A stretch of 64,000 nt of DNA from contig JAPYYK010000119.1 of NCBI GenBank assembly GCA_028534125.1, positions 310,001 through 374,000 of the forward strand, given 5' to 3'. Positions 12,101-24,790 of this stretch are shown here, piece after piece (positions within the stretch are counted from its first letter, which is position 1; each line of letters starts with the position of its first letter). A model generated the notes under the pieces. It ran no database searches. It was given only the letters and a program-made list of their open reading frames with translations, and was not told the DNA's origin. Both the position numbers and the translations under genes were made by a program. Origin of the DNA: Lama glama. Taxonomy: Eukaryota.

Positions 12101-13394
12101 GCATCCTCTCTTTGGCCGGGAGGATGCTAATGGCAGCAGTGAGGGTTAATGTTTGAGGCTGCCAAGTGCAACAAGTGCACTTGAACCTGTCACCCAAACT
12201 TCACATTTAGGAGATGATAGGTAGTTCTGATTTCAAAATATTAGCGTTCTTTAAAATTAAGCTTATAAAATTTAACCAAGGCAACACGCACTTCCAAAGT
12301 GACACATGTGTGTAAAATACTGGGTGCTGTGGAACACGCAGAGAAGTTTGAGATAAAGTTTCTGCCCTCGTGCAGCTTTCACAATTAATGGGATGGCAGA
12401 CGGATGAAAAAATTAATAATAGTAAGACATATAAATAGTTGGAAGGACAGAGCAACCGGAAAGATAAGTGACAGAAAGAAAGAAAGAAGAAAAGAAGTTT
12501 ATAACTTTATAGACACAAGGCAATAGAACATGATTAAGTACCAAATGAATCGTACAGGTCATAATTGCCATGAGAGTTAAGAGAAAGGAGACTACTTTAG
12601 CCTGAACCCGTTAGAGAAAGTTCTGAAGAGGAGGGAAAATCAAGTTGACTCAAATAAGTACCGGCTATTGTTGACATTAACCTCGTTTAGCCAAGAGTTC
12701 CTTGGTTAGACTTTAATTAAGCATCACAGTTTTCCTACAGAATTCCTAGGAAGAGTGTAACACATTTTGCCATTTTATAATAATTGATAAATATTTTGCC
12801 TAGCTCAATGAAAAGTAGATGGTTTGCTGGTGTCCAGAAGTGAAAAAATCAATTCCTATAGTAATTCCTATATATCAGAGCTCCATCTTTTCCTCCATCT
12901 ACTTATCTACTTTCCTTATCTACTACTTCTTTCACTCTCTTTCCTCCCTGTCCTTCTCCCTTTTCTCTCCACCTCCCCCGTTGAGGGCAAATTAGTGGAT
13001 ATGGACCTCAGGGCAGTGTCTAAATAATCTAACCCCTTTGGCCCAGCAAGAATCAGGCATTGTTTAGCAGGGCCTGAGTGTTTTCCATCCACTTTGTTGT
13101 TGGAAACAATGGAGGTGCTGTGACTCACTTCTTGTAAGCAATACCTTCCTCAAGCTTATGGGCATGTTCTGATCTGAGTGCTACCCTCTGGAACAGTTCC
13201 AGTTCTCTGCAAGGAAGAACAAGATGTTGTCGGAGGGGGTCAGCACTGGATTCAAGCCTCAGATGGGCGAGGGGAAGCAACGGTTGGAGAAATGAGTCAT
13301 CCTGAGCTTTTATCTGGCACTTCTCAGGTTCGGGAAGGATAGCTTTCTTCTGTTCCCTATATTTACTACTACTCTCTCTCAAGAAAGGAAATAT

Positions 13395-13620
13395 TGAGTA
13401 TTTACAATATACCAGCCATCTAGTAGTACTTTATATATATATTATCTCAATTAATTGAATTTTAATGGAATCCCACTTCATTCTCATTATAGACCTATGA
13501 AAAAATACTACAATTTTACTAATAAGGAAATGGGCTCAGACAGATGATTTGCCAAGTTTCAACACTAATAACTTGCAGAAGTAGGTTCAAATCCGGGCCT
13601 AGCCTGACTCTAAAACTCTT
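13395..13620 (-). mobile_element. MIR SINE
   Basis: attttactaataaggaaatgggctcagacagatgatttgccaag...ttcaaatcc is the reverse MIR core. Confidence 0.7.
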
Positions 13621-16600
13621 TTCTCAGCAGTGCCACCCTGCTATCCAAGCTCTTTGGTTTATTGACCAACTCAACATTCTAAATATGCTGATCCAAATTA
13701 CTAAGACCTTCCAACCATTGGCAAATAGAGTGCATGACCCAGAACATAAGGAAGTAATAGCCTCAAGGAGGGTAGGAACAGAATCTCTCTGTTAATCACT
13801 GTATCCTCAGGTCTGTGCCTCACACAAAGCCTGCACCTCAGATATATTTGTTGACTGATATTCCCTGAAGAATTTCAGTGACACTGACCCCATTCCATTC
13901 CAGCTTGGAGTTCACATACCTTAATGGCCTGTCACCTGGCCCAGACTTTGCTGCCAATATTTGCTTTTATGGCCTAACTGGCCTTTCAGCTTCCTACCTT
14001 TGGGCTGAGGAATTTTAGAACCAGTTAAAGCAATTCAAAGAAACTTTTTCGACACCTGAAATTCTGATACAGGAATGCGTTTTTGCTGTTGTGGTTGTTG
14101 TTTTGTTCTTTTCCTTGGACCATATACCAGACTTCTTCCCCAAATCTCCATTTTCCTCTTTCCCTGTGGGCAAAGATTACAGAGGGAATAAAACATTTAG
14201 AGGCAAATAACCCAATACACTTTTCAAGTGAGACACAGCCTGTGTTTTCTTGACTTCAAATTCAGTGCCTCTGTTTCACACTTGGAAAGTAGCTTTTATT
14301 TGTATACAAATATTATGTTTCATAAAATTTATTTCTAATCTATTTGTTGAATACTCATACAGTTGTTAGTGCTAAAAATAGAAAATATCTTTTCAATTTT
14401 TGAAGTAGATCCTGTTATAAAATGTCTTTATCAAAACCTGTTTCAAGTGATTGTGCAACCTATTTTAATTTCCACATACAATGCACTGAATATAGTCATT
14501 TGAAAATCAGTGCACTTCAGATATGCTCTTGACCAGTTCCAAAGGGTATGCACTTAGCCAAGCAAGTATAATATATAAACACTCAAGAATTAGAAATAGT
14601 TTTAAAGCCATATCAAAAATAAAACCACTTCTAAAAGTAGTCTAAATTAGAATAAAAGTCAAGTAACTGTAAAAATTGGGATTATATTCCAGTTTCCATT
14701 TTCTTGTACTACGAACAGGGCAGGCAGCTTCGAAATAATGAACAAATTACTTTTTGAAAGGAACCTTAAAACTAGTAAACACAGTTGCTTTTCAGCTACT
14801 TCAGAGTTTTGTAAATGTCACGTTCTTTCTAATTGGCTCCTTATTTCAGCAAACCCAATTGAAAGTTAATTGGGTTGGTATGTGAACTACATCCCTCCCC
14901 CTCCCCCTTCTGTTCCCAGGATTGAGCCCAGTACCCATAAAGCTTCCTTGTTTTCCATATGTAATCTGAATGTGGGGTCTGCATTCATTACAATCAACTG
15001 GAATCAGTCCTCTGGTTCCAGTGCCCTTTACTGAGGCAATTCTGAATCTCTGAGACGTAGAGCCAGAGGCTGCACTCAGAGGTGACAGGCCAAACATCTA
15101 CTTCCACCGTTATATTCGCCACAGTGGGAAAACCAAATACTAAATAAAAATTTGTGGCTGGGTTCTGTCTCTCAGCAGCACCGCTCCTCTCAGACCTGGT
15201 TGGAATCACAGGGTGCCACCTTGTGTATAAGCTGACAATTTACTTCCCAAGTTCCACAAAGGATCCAGATAGACTCAAAAATAATCAGCCCATAAGCTCT
15301 GTATGTTATTAACCAAGGAAAAATGAGACAGATGTAATTGAAGGAAACAGATTTGAAAAAACACAGCTCCAGAGGGTGCACAACACTCAATTTTGAATCA
15401 TGCTGACAGCCTGTCTCATTTATTGCCCCCCCTCTGGCCGGAAAACACACCCAATGCCCCACACATGGAATAGATTGACGCTGCTCACTCAAGCTTTCGG
15501 ATGGAGATACCGGAAGAAAGTAAAGCTCTTGTGACAGAGCTAATGAATCTGACTAGGGCAATTATCTGTGTCCAGACAGCAAGCAAGCCATGTAGATTTA
15601 ACTTCAGGGTTTTGGGTTTCTGAGAGGCACAAGGTTCCATGGAGGTGATGATTATGATCCTACTTCTTTTAATAAAGTGCTGAGTTTGAAACTGAGAAAA
15701 ACAGTTGTTGGATCAAGGTCACAGGAGGTAAAATAGGATCCTTTCCAATCCAGCTACCATGCTCTTGAGAAATTCCATACTTCTCTAAATTCAGCACAGC
15801 TGCCATTCAGCTGAAACCACTGTTGTATTCATGGTACTGACTGGACCCTTCACATTATGTTCAGTACGGAGTTGGAGTAGAGAGTCTGGGGCTTTGGGGC
15901 TACAGGTACACCTTTCCCGTTGGCTTAGGTCTCCTGTAATGTTCATTCTTCTCTGTTGTCTTCCATGGCCTCCTCCACCAGCACATCCTTTTCTCCTCAA
16001 ACATCTCTGAAAGGTAACTTGGGAGGTGGTTTCTCTCTCCCTGGGAGGGCAGTTCAGTTTCCCTCCTGTGGTGCCATATCTCAGACAAGTGACGCAGGCT
16101 CAGAGCACCAACCTCACTGGAATCCAAAGTGTTAGCAGAGAGGAGTCCGTTGTTAGGAACCTTAGGTTGCTGTTCTCAGTGTGGCCTCCTTTACCTCCTT
16201 CACCTCTGTTTTCTGTCTCCCGCCACCAAAGGACTAATGTTTATAAACACAGATTTGTGAAGGGAATATGCAGCTGGAATCCTGAATTAAAGAAAGTTGG
16301 TGAATAGATTTGCTAACCGCCACACCTTATTGGTCTTATTTTTGTTGTTCCCAGGAGCAAAATGACCTGTTTCCTAAGAAAAGTTCCTGGTATCAGTATA
16401 TTGAGAGCCCTCTACACTCCAGACTGACTGGTTAGGAGGCAGAAAGGAAAGTAACTTTGTCTCCAAATCAGAAAACAGGTCTGCTTGTCTTTCACCAGGT
16501 ATTAATGGTGACTTTGGCAGAGGAAGAAACAAAAACCATTGAAATAAAATATACTAATTACCTAGATATTTACTGGTTCACTTACATCCCAAACCTGGTT

Positions 16601-18324
16601 TCAAAAGGGATTTCAGGTGTCTTTTGAGAGTAGCTAAAATGTGCTAGGATAACATTTGGGCTGTAAGTTTCCCAGTTACGTGAAATTTCCTAGTCATGTG
16701 AAAATAGGAAACCTCGTCAGCTTCACAGGTCACAATGTCCATGATTGCTCAGAAGATTTAAAATTGTTCCTGGTCCTAATTAGAATATCCAGGAGTTTAT
16801 AAATAGAGCAACTAGGTGATATGAAAGACACCTTGATAGTATCCTTACAATAGACTCCAAAGGGGTATCCCGGCTGTTTCTTATAGTGGCTTTCCATATA
16901 AGCTGATGGCATCATATGTAATCCAGTACAAACAATTCTGCAAGGGTTAGAGTGGACCTGGATGTCTGAGGCCGTGAGCCCCACCCCGTGCAGATCCGGG
17001 AGCATGAAAGGACTCCATGACCTCCAAGCCATTCTCCCTGAACAGTGTTTTTCTCTCAACTGTCTCCTGATAAACTGTGACTGGGAGCTCAAAATTGTGT
17101 CTCAATTGCAATTGCCTGAAGTGTAGCTCTTCTAAGTGCCCAATTAAGGGCAGCCTTAAATGACTGTGTTCTGGAGGATAGAGTTAATGTCCTTTTCTGG
17201 AAAGAAAGGAACTTAACAAGGACCAGTGCCTGAATAGAAAGCTGTCCCTCCTGCTCTTGCAAGGAGCTAAGGGTGAGTCCACCAGCTGGGCCAAGAGTTA
17301 ATTTTGCCTTTGCATAAACAAGATGTGCGTTGCTGTCTCAGGTTAGATGGCACGGGGAGGTGGGGTGGAGGACGACGTTCTTGCAGACTGCATCCACATG
17401 AAGGTCATCTTCTAGCTGGGGGCAATGCTGTTGTTTGCCAGCTTTGTTTTCTGGCTCCGACTCTGCTTCCAGTGCTTACGTGCCTTTACCTAGACAGAGA
17501 ACAGCCCCACCTCCAACTGCTACTTGCTGTAGGCAGTGTTTGCAGCCCAGCAGGCTGTGCCAAGGCTGGTTTTGAGGGAAACTGAGCTTCAGAGCATCCT
17601 CTTCTTAAGGAAGACATCAGTTTCTCCAACTCGAAGCCACAGGGGATGCTTTTGTAGCCAGTTCCCCATCCTTCACACTTAGCCACTCTCGCAGTCCTTT
17701 GCAGCACTGGGCAGTCCCCTCTAGGGCTGGTGCACAGGCCCGTGCCTACAGATGACCCTGGCATTTTAGGATAACTTAACGGGACTCAAGGGACAAAGGG
17801 ACTGTGGAAATGGATATCAGTTTGAAGGCCAATTTTCCCCACTACATGGATGCCTTCCACTGAGTTTGGGGTCAGCTGTAACTGGGTCTAGAGCTTGCTG
17901 CTTAAAGAATCTACTGACTTTCTTAGTCTTCTACCACTTCTCTATTTCATGGGGATGAAATGGCCTGAATAGTGCATTTCAGCCCATACATGCAGCAACT
18001 CCAGCTCTTTAAAATGTGCCTGAATGGTTAACCAAAGAAAACAGTATTTGAAACCTATTTTAGACACAGAGACAGGCCTGCAGCCTGGACTATCCTACCA
18101 AAGTATTCCTTCTAGTGAGGGACACGAGACTGCAGGGAAAGGGGTGGTGGTAAAGAGAAATCCACTTCTCACTTCATAAACCCCTCTGTGTTGGTTAAAA
18201 AATAATAATTCTAGATAGATGGATTTAAAAACTCCTCCTTCTAAAAAATTAAAGTCACATCAGGGAGCACTTGGGCTTGGGAGAGAGAGGCCAAGCTTGT
18301 CTCCATGTATTCTATGACCCTTGT

Positions 18325-18475
18325 TACAGTCCTTAACCTCTGCGAGTTTGTGAAATGGATTCAACGTGCCTGTCTCACAGGCTCCTTGTGAGAACGAAAG
18401 GCGATAACACAAGGCAAACTGGCTAACAGTGCCTGGCAAATACCGGAGGCCCAATCAACATGTAAACTACTATTG
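18325..18475 (+). mobile_element. MIR SINE fragment
   Basis: cttaacctctgcgagtttgtgaaatgg...aacagtgcctggcaaata. Confidence 0.65.
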
Positions 18476-18744
18476 TTTTTCTCTTCCCTCTGCCTTTTTA
18501 TTTCTGTGGCTGGAGGTGATCAAAATCAGATACAATTAGAACTGTAGCACCTATGAAATGAAATGAATTTCTACTCTGGTTTATTTTAAACTCTTTCATT
18601 TAAAACTAAACTAAACAAAACGTTCTTCCCACCCCCACCCACCCCCATAACACCTCATTCCCCGGCCCTATTTGGGTCCCAGGCATCATGGCCAGAGGTG
18701 CCCTGCCAAAGACATAACATTAGGTCATTCAAAATGAGAAGATC

Positions 18745-19595
18745 TTATCAGAGAAATGCAAATCAAAAGTACAATGAAATCCCACCTCACGCTGGTCAGA
18801 AAGGCCATCATTAAAAAGTCTACAAGTAATAAATGCTGGAGAGGTGTGGAGAAAAGGGAACCCTCCTACACTGCTGGTGGAAATGTAATTTGGTGCAGCC
18901 ACTATGGAGAACGGTATGCAGAGGCCTTAAAAAAGTAAAAATAGGCTTACCATATGATCCAGCAGTTCCATGCCTAGGCATATATCTGGAGGAAACTCTA
19001 ATTCAAAAAGATACNNNNNNNNNNNNNNNNNNNNNNNNNNNNNNNNNNNNNNNNNNNNNNNNNNNNNNNNNNNNNNNNNNNNNNNNNNNNNNNNNNNNNN
19101 NNNNNNNNNNNNNNNNNNNNNNNNNNNNNNNNNNNNNNNNNNNNNNNNNNNNNNNNNNAAACAATGAGATAATACTATTTGCAGCAACATGGATGGACCT
19201 GGAGATTATCATACTAAGTGAAGTAAGTCAGACAGAGAAAGACAAATATATGATATCATTTATATCTGGAATCTTTAAAAATGGCACAAGTGGACTTATT
19301 TATAAAATGAAAACAGACTTACAGACATAGAAAACAAACCTATAGTTACTGGTGGGGGGGAGCGGTGAGAGATAAATTAGGAGTCTGGGGTTTGCAGATA
19401 CTAACCACTATATATAAAATAGATAGACAGCAAGGTCCCACTATATAACACAGGGAACTATATTCAATATCTTGTAATAACCTAGAATAATAAAGAATAT
19501 GAAAAAGTATAAGCATATATAACTGAATAAATATGCTGTATACCAGAAACTAACATGATATTATATAAATCAACTATACTTCAATTTAAAAAAAA
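18745..19595 (+). mobile_element. 5'-truncated young (cetartiodactyl/camelid-type) LINE-1: ORF2 C-terminus remnant, 3'UTR and A tail
   Basis: Translates to L1 ORF2p C-terminal motifs ([40 protein letters not shown]) with a frameshift and ends caactatacttcaatttaaaaaaaa. Confidence 0.95.
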
Positions 19596-22521
19596 GATGT
19601 TTATTAAGGATGGACACACTTATAGCTAAATACTTAATCAAGCCCTCTGAAAAGTTTGACTTTTTTTTTTCCCAAAAGTTCTCTTCAATGACCATGTATC
19701 ACATGACCTTAAGACCAGGATTTGAGGGGAAGGATCTGCCCTTCCTTCCTTCTTTTTCTTACCCTCCCTTCATCCTTCTCTTCCTTGCTTCCATTCTCTT
19801 CTTATTTTAGGAAATCATAAAGCTAATTTTTAAAAGCTCAAGTGTCTGTCTAAACAGCAACATGGTTATTTCCTGTTCAAAATCAGACAGATACTTACCT
19901 GTGAAAAATCCATGTGCTCACTTGTGTCTGAGTTTGCTTTCATCTACAGTAATGCTACCACCTTCCCAAGGGAGAGTATAAGGGATATAAGCAGGGGTCC
20001 TAACACACTGGGAGGCCGTCCAAAAGAATTTACAAATGACGTTTGAAAATAAAGTTTGCCTGATTGTTTTCAACAAATCTATCAGAACATATACACCTTA
20101 ATGTATGCCCTACCTTGGCTTTGTAAAGAGCCAGTTGTTCCTCAGAGTCAAACCTGGTAACTAAAGTGAGTGAACCTTTGGAGTAGATTTCTTTGTTTCT
20201 GTTTGTTTTCATTTTGGTTTTGGTCATAGAGGAAGGAGGTAATGATACTGGTTTGCTTGCATGATTTGTAAACTATTTCTGAAGGTCTTTTTCCAAAAGA
20301 AGAGTTCCATAAATACAGTAAACGTGTCTAAGTCTCCACTTTGATGGATCACACTGATTTGGGTGTGCTTATTAAGCCAGTTTCATCACCTATTGACCTT
20401 CCCCCCTTTTTATGATCCATTGACATAACTTAATTAAGAGGAAAATATTGGAACATAAGACAGGTAGCTTAATTTTACCCACATTTCCTGACTCCTGAGA
20501 GATAAGAAAATTCTTTAGACAAGAACAAATTTATGAACAGCTCTAAAAGGCATTCTATTTGAATAAGATAGAGAATATTCAAGCTTGGTGTTCATTTTAA
20601 TACAGCCTGTAGTCCATACAGAAGTCATCATTTTTAGAGTCACCTCATTCTAATTAGAAATAATTTGCTATTGTATGAAATAGTAAGAAGAGCAGGAATA
20701 GCCCCCAAATACTTAGAATTGAGAATGTCAGCTTCATTTCATCCACAAACCAAAGATTTGTTTCCCATCCTGGAAGCTGATGCTCGCTCTCCATAGTAGA
20801 GCTAACAGCCCAGAGCAGGCACAATTATTGATTTCTCCTCTGCCCTGTTGCCTGATCTATAGTAATAAATTCCCAGGGCAGCCGCGCNNNNNNNNNNNNN
20901 NNNNNNNNNNNNNNNNNNNNNNNNNNNNNNNNNNNNNNNNNNNNNNNNNNNNNNNNNNNNNNNNNNNNNNNNNNNNNNNNNNNNNNNNNNNNNNNNNNNN
21001 NNNNNNNNNNNNNNNNNNNGGATTCCTAACACAGCCGTGATTAATACACCAGACAACTTGCATGCATCCAAACCACCCCCACCATCCCTGCAGGAACAGC
21101 TTTATGAGGCCATGTCACTATACTACCTAACTATTACTACACTATATACATGTCACTAAATCCCTAACTCCACGTGTACACTCGGGGGTGGATACCCTGC
21201 ACAAGGTCATTTAGCTCAGCAAGTTCTACCATACAGAAATCTGACCATGGACACGTGGAAACAGATTTAACCCAACAGACATGTGCTAGGACCTTCCAAT
21301 GGAACTGCTAACGTAGCAGGCGATATTCTGACTTTAGCCAAGTGCAAATAAGCAAAAGCCTAATGATGAACAAAAGATCTGTAATTTAGAAAACGTTGCA
21401 ACACACAGACCAAAAGGAAAAGACGAGGTGCACACTGCCTTACGTGGAGTGTGGATTTTCCCGCACCCACACCAGCAGCCCCTCTGGCAGAGGGGACGCA
21501 TTTGACATTATCCTGCTACTCTCATTAGAGCACATCCTTCTGATGGAAGGTGCTGTGTCTCTGAGCTGCTTTGATGTGTGTGAAAATACTCCAGGTTCTT
21601 TGTGTAAAGTAACGTTATCAGCAGTTGCGTAGAATAAAAAAGAAAAGCTTTTTAAGCAAATAGATGGAATAGTTTTCTTGCCAGCTTTAAAGCAGCAAAT
21701 GGATTTGCAAATTTGAAATCAAAATAAAATTTGAAATCAAATTAACAAAAAGGAGGGTAATTATTTTATCAAAAAGCTTTTCATTCCCTTTTAAATGATG
21801 TTACTCTGATAGATTCCAATTTGGCTGATCTGGAATGCGGCCCAGAAATGTACATTTAACAAATACACCAGGTGATTCTGCATCAGAGTATTTCATACAG
21901 CGTCATCCCATTGGCTGTCTTTTCTCCCTCATCTTTTTCTTTTCTCTAATTCTTCCTTTCACTCTCTCTTCATCTCCTGTCCCATTCTCGTCATCTTTTG
22001 TTTTTTTTCCCTCTGTTCTATCCTCCTCCCACAACTTTTTTCTTTCTTCCCTAAGTATGGGCTGGAGTGGAGAGGTTGGTTGGAGGGTCATAAGGAACAG
22101 AGAAGAAAGAAAATCCTACCAATTTCATAAGCGTCAAGCCATGTTCCAAAACAGTATAAGGTCTCACTGTATTCCCTGTGCTCCTTTAATTGTAGCACAC
22201 AGATCATGCCACCTAATTTTCTACAGTCATGGTTAATAGAGGGAGGTCACCATGAGTCAAGAGAAGACAGGCAGAGATCTTGGACTGAGCCTGTAATCGT
22301 CCAAGTTTGGTTCCACTAACTAAGCATGCTGCATGTGAAACCCTTATAGCAAACCTGGGATTGGAACAACTATTAATTTCCGACCAATGGCCTTTGTAAA
22401 TAATGAGGCTCTGGTATCCATGGTCATCTCTTTCCTCTGCCCTCTACCCTGATTCTCCATCTATTTACTGGTTGTCTGGTTTTGTTTGCTTCTGCCCTGG
22501 ACTGTTTCATTGAACACAATG

Positions 22522-22660
22522 AAGTATAGTTCGAAGAACTCTAATTCAGGAGTCAGGAGGGCTGTATCCACGTCTGGCCCTGATACTGGCTACACTTGTG
22601 ATCCTGGGCAAGTCATACAACCTCGCCAGTCTCATTGTCCTCACTGCAAAGTAAGGGCGT
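22522..22660 (+). mobile_element. MIR SINE fragment
   Basis: tgtgatcctgggcaagtcatacaacctc...ctcattgtcctcactgcaaa. Confidence 0.65.
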
Positions 22661-23039
22661 GACCTGCAAAGCTCACTTTATTTCTAAAATTATACAGAAT
22701 AAAGAGAAGTCATACTCCTCCTCAACAGTGCTTCAAGATAAGTGAGGCTAGGTATAAATGATGACAAAGTTTTTAGCATCCAGAATGTGATTTTTTTTCT
22801 CCTTATAAAAAAAATTAAAACTAGCACTATCTTATCTAGAGTCAGAACTTAATGGCTGCCAAATTTCCTACCGTTTTTGTTAGCCCATAATCAAAGGTAG
22901 TCTGAACGGTTAAAATACAAACTTAACAAGTGGTTAATGTTTTAAATTATACTACAGGTTTCTTAAACTTCCTGATTATTAAGGATATATTTCTTTTAAT
23001 CACAATTATCTTTTAAAGAAACTACTAGAAAACTTTTTT

Positions 23040-23155
23040 TGGGGGGTAGGGTAATTAGATTTATTCATTTATGTTTTAATGGAGGTCCTGGGGATTGAAC
23101 CTAGGACCTTGTGCATGCTAGGCAGGCACTCTACCACTGAGCTATACCCTCCCCC
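23040..23155 (-). mobile_element. tRNA-derived SINE, Vic-1-like (camelid), with target-site duplication
   Basis: Reverse complement GGGGGAGGGTATAGCTCAGTGGTAGAGTG...GGTTCAATCCCCAG carries Pol III A and B boxes plus an AT-rich tail. Flanking TAGAAAACTTTTTT (23026-23039) and TAAAAAACCTTTTT (23157-23170) match 12/14. Confidence 0.85.
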
Positions 23156-23939
23156 TTAAAAAACCTTTTTCAAATGAAACAATTTGAATGGATTAAAATA
23201 TTGGCTTTATTATTACCATAACCTATATTTAGGAGCCCCCTGAGTAACAAGGAAAAAAATATTAAAAATTTTTTTCTAAACACTTACAAACAAGACGAGA
23301 CTAGGATATAGAACTAAGGCATATGGAGTTCTTTGGATAGACATCTTTCTTCTTGGACACAAAGTGATATTCCACAAAGGAGGGAAGAAGAGACGGGAGC
23401 CACAGGGAGGGAGGAAGGGGAGAGACAGAACTAACAATTACGGAGCAAGGTCATTCACCAGGCACTATGCGAGGCCCTTTTTAACTCATTTAGTACCTGA
23501 CTGAACGCCTTCTGTGTCTGACCTAAGAGCTAAGCATGGAGTGGACAGGAAGAAAGACATAGTCTTTAGCCACATTTAACCCTATAACCATCTTTAAAAG
23601 TCCACATTATTGACCTGTGTTCTTTGCACTGCGCACTTGCACTTTCTTGCAATTCATAAAGTTTAAAATGTTCCGCCTACCACTCACAGGACATAAACAC
23701 AGCCTTCCTTTACTGCCCTATACCTAGCATTGGCCATGAATTAAGTGCTATCAAGTAGAGAACTAGTCAGGTTCTACAAAGCAGGTGTTACCTCCTTTTA
23801 CTAAATGAACAAAATTAGTAAGAACATCAGAATCCAACTTTTATCTTCTTCCGAAGACAGAGAAGTCAATCAGGCAAAACTAACAACAGCCTGAAATTTC
23901 CTTGGATTTCATACCGTTCTGTATTTTTTGTTTTGATTT

Positions 23940-24790
23940 TTAATTTTTAAAAATTAAAATTAAATTAATTTTAACTGTACAGCTAAGTATTGCTAAGTAT
24001 ATTCACATTGTCGTGCAATCAGTCTCCAGGACTTTTCATCTTACAAAACTGAAAGTCTATGCACATTAAATAACAACTCTCCATTTCCCCTCCCCCCNNN
24101 NNNNNNNNNNNNNNNNNNNNNNNNNNNNNNNNNNNNNNNNNNNNNNNNNNNNNNNNNNNNNNNNNNNNNNNNNNNNNNNNNNNNNNNNNNNNNNNNNNNN
24201 NNNNNNNNNNNNNNNNNNNNNNNNNNNNNNNNNNNNNNNNNNNNNNNNNNNNNNNNNNNNNNNNNNNNNNNNTAAGGCTGACTAATATTTTGCTATATGT
24301 ATATACCACATTTTATTTATCCATTTATGCATCAATAAATACTTGGGTTGCTTCTATCGTTTGGCTATTGTGAATAATGCTGCTATGAACATGGATGTAC
24401 CAATATCCCTTTGAGACCTTGCTTCTGATTCTNNNNNNNNNNNNNNNNNNNNNNNNNNNNNNNNNNNNNNNNNNNNNNNNNNNNNNNNNNNNNNNNNNNN
24501 NNNNNNNNNNNNNNNNNNNNNNNNNNNNNNNNNNNNNNNNNNNNNNNNNNNNNNNNNNNNNNNNNNNNNNNNCTCCATACCCTGGCTAACACTTTTTATT
24601 TGCTGTTTNNNNNNNNNNNNNNNNNNNNNNNNNNNNNNNNNNNNNNNNNNNNNNNNNNNNNNNNNNNNNNNNNNNNNNNNNNNNNNNNNNNNNNNNNNNN
24701 NNNNNNNNNNNNNNNNNNNNNNNNNNNNNNNNNNNNNNNNNNNNNNNNNNNNNNNNNNNNNNGCTCATTTTTAATTGGGTTATTTGACGA
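23940..24790 (-). mobile_element. L1M (L1MA/MB-type) 3' fragment, partly N-masked
   Basis: ttggctattgtgaataatgctgctatgaacatgg translates on the minus strand as MFIAALFTIAKR (L1 ORF2p). L1 3'UTR at the left end. Confidence 0.9.

Noticed and set aside
18756-19330. ORFs resembling a real protein
   Set aside because: Frameshifted L1 ORF2p C-terminal remnant, not a host gene.
23085-23155. tRNA-like sequence
   Set aside because: It has an AT-rich tail and a TSD, so it is a SINE head rather than a tRNA gene.
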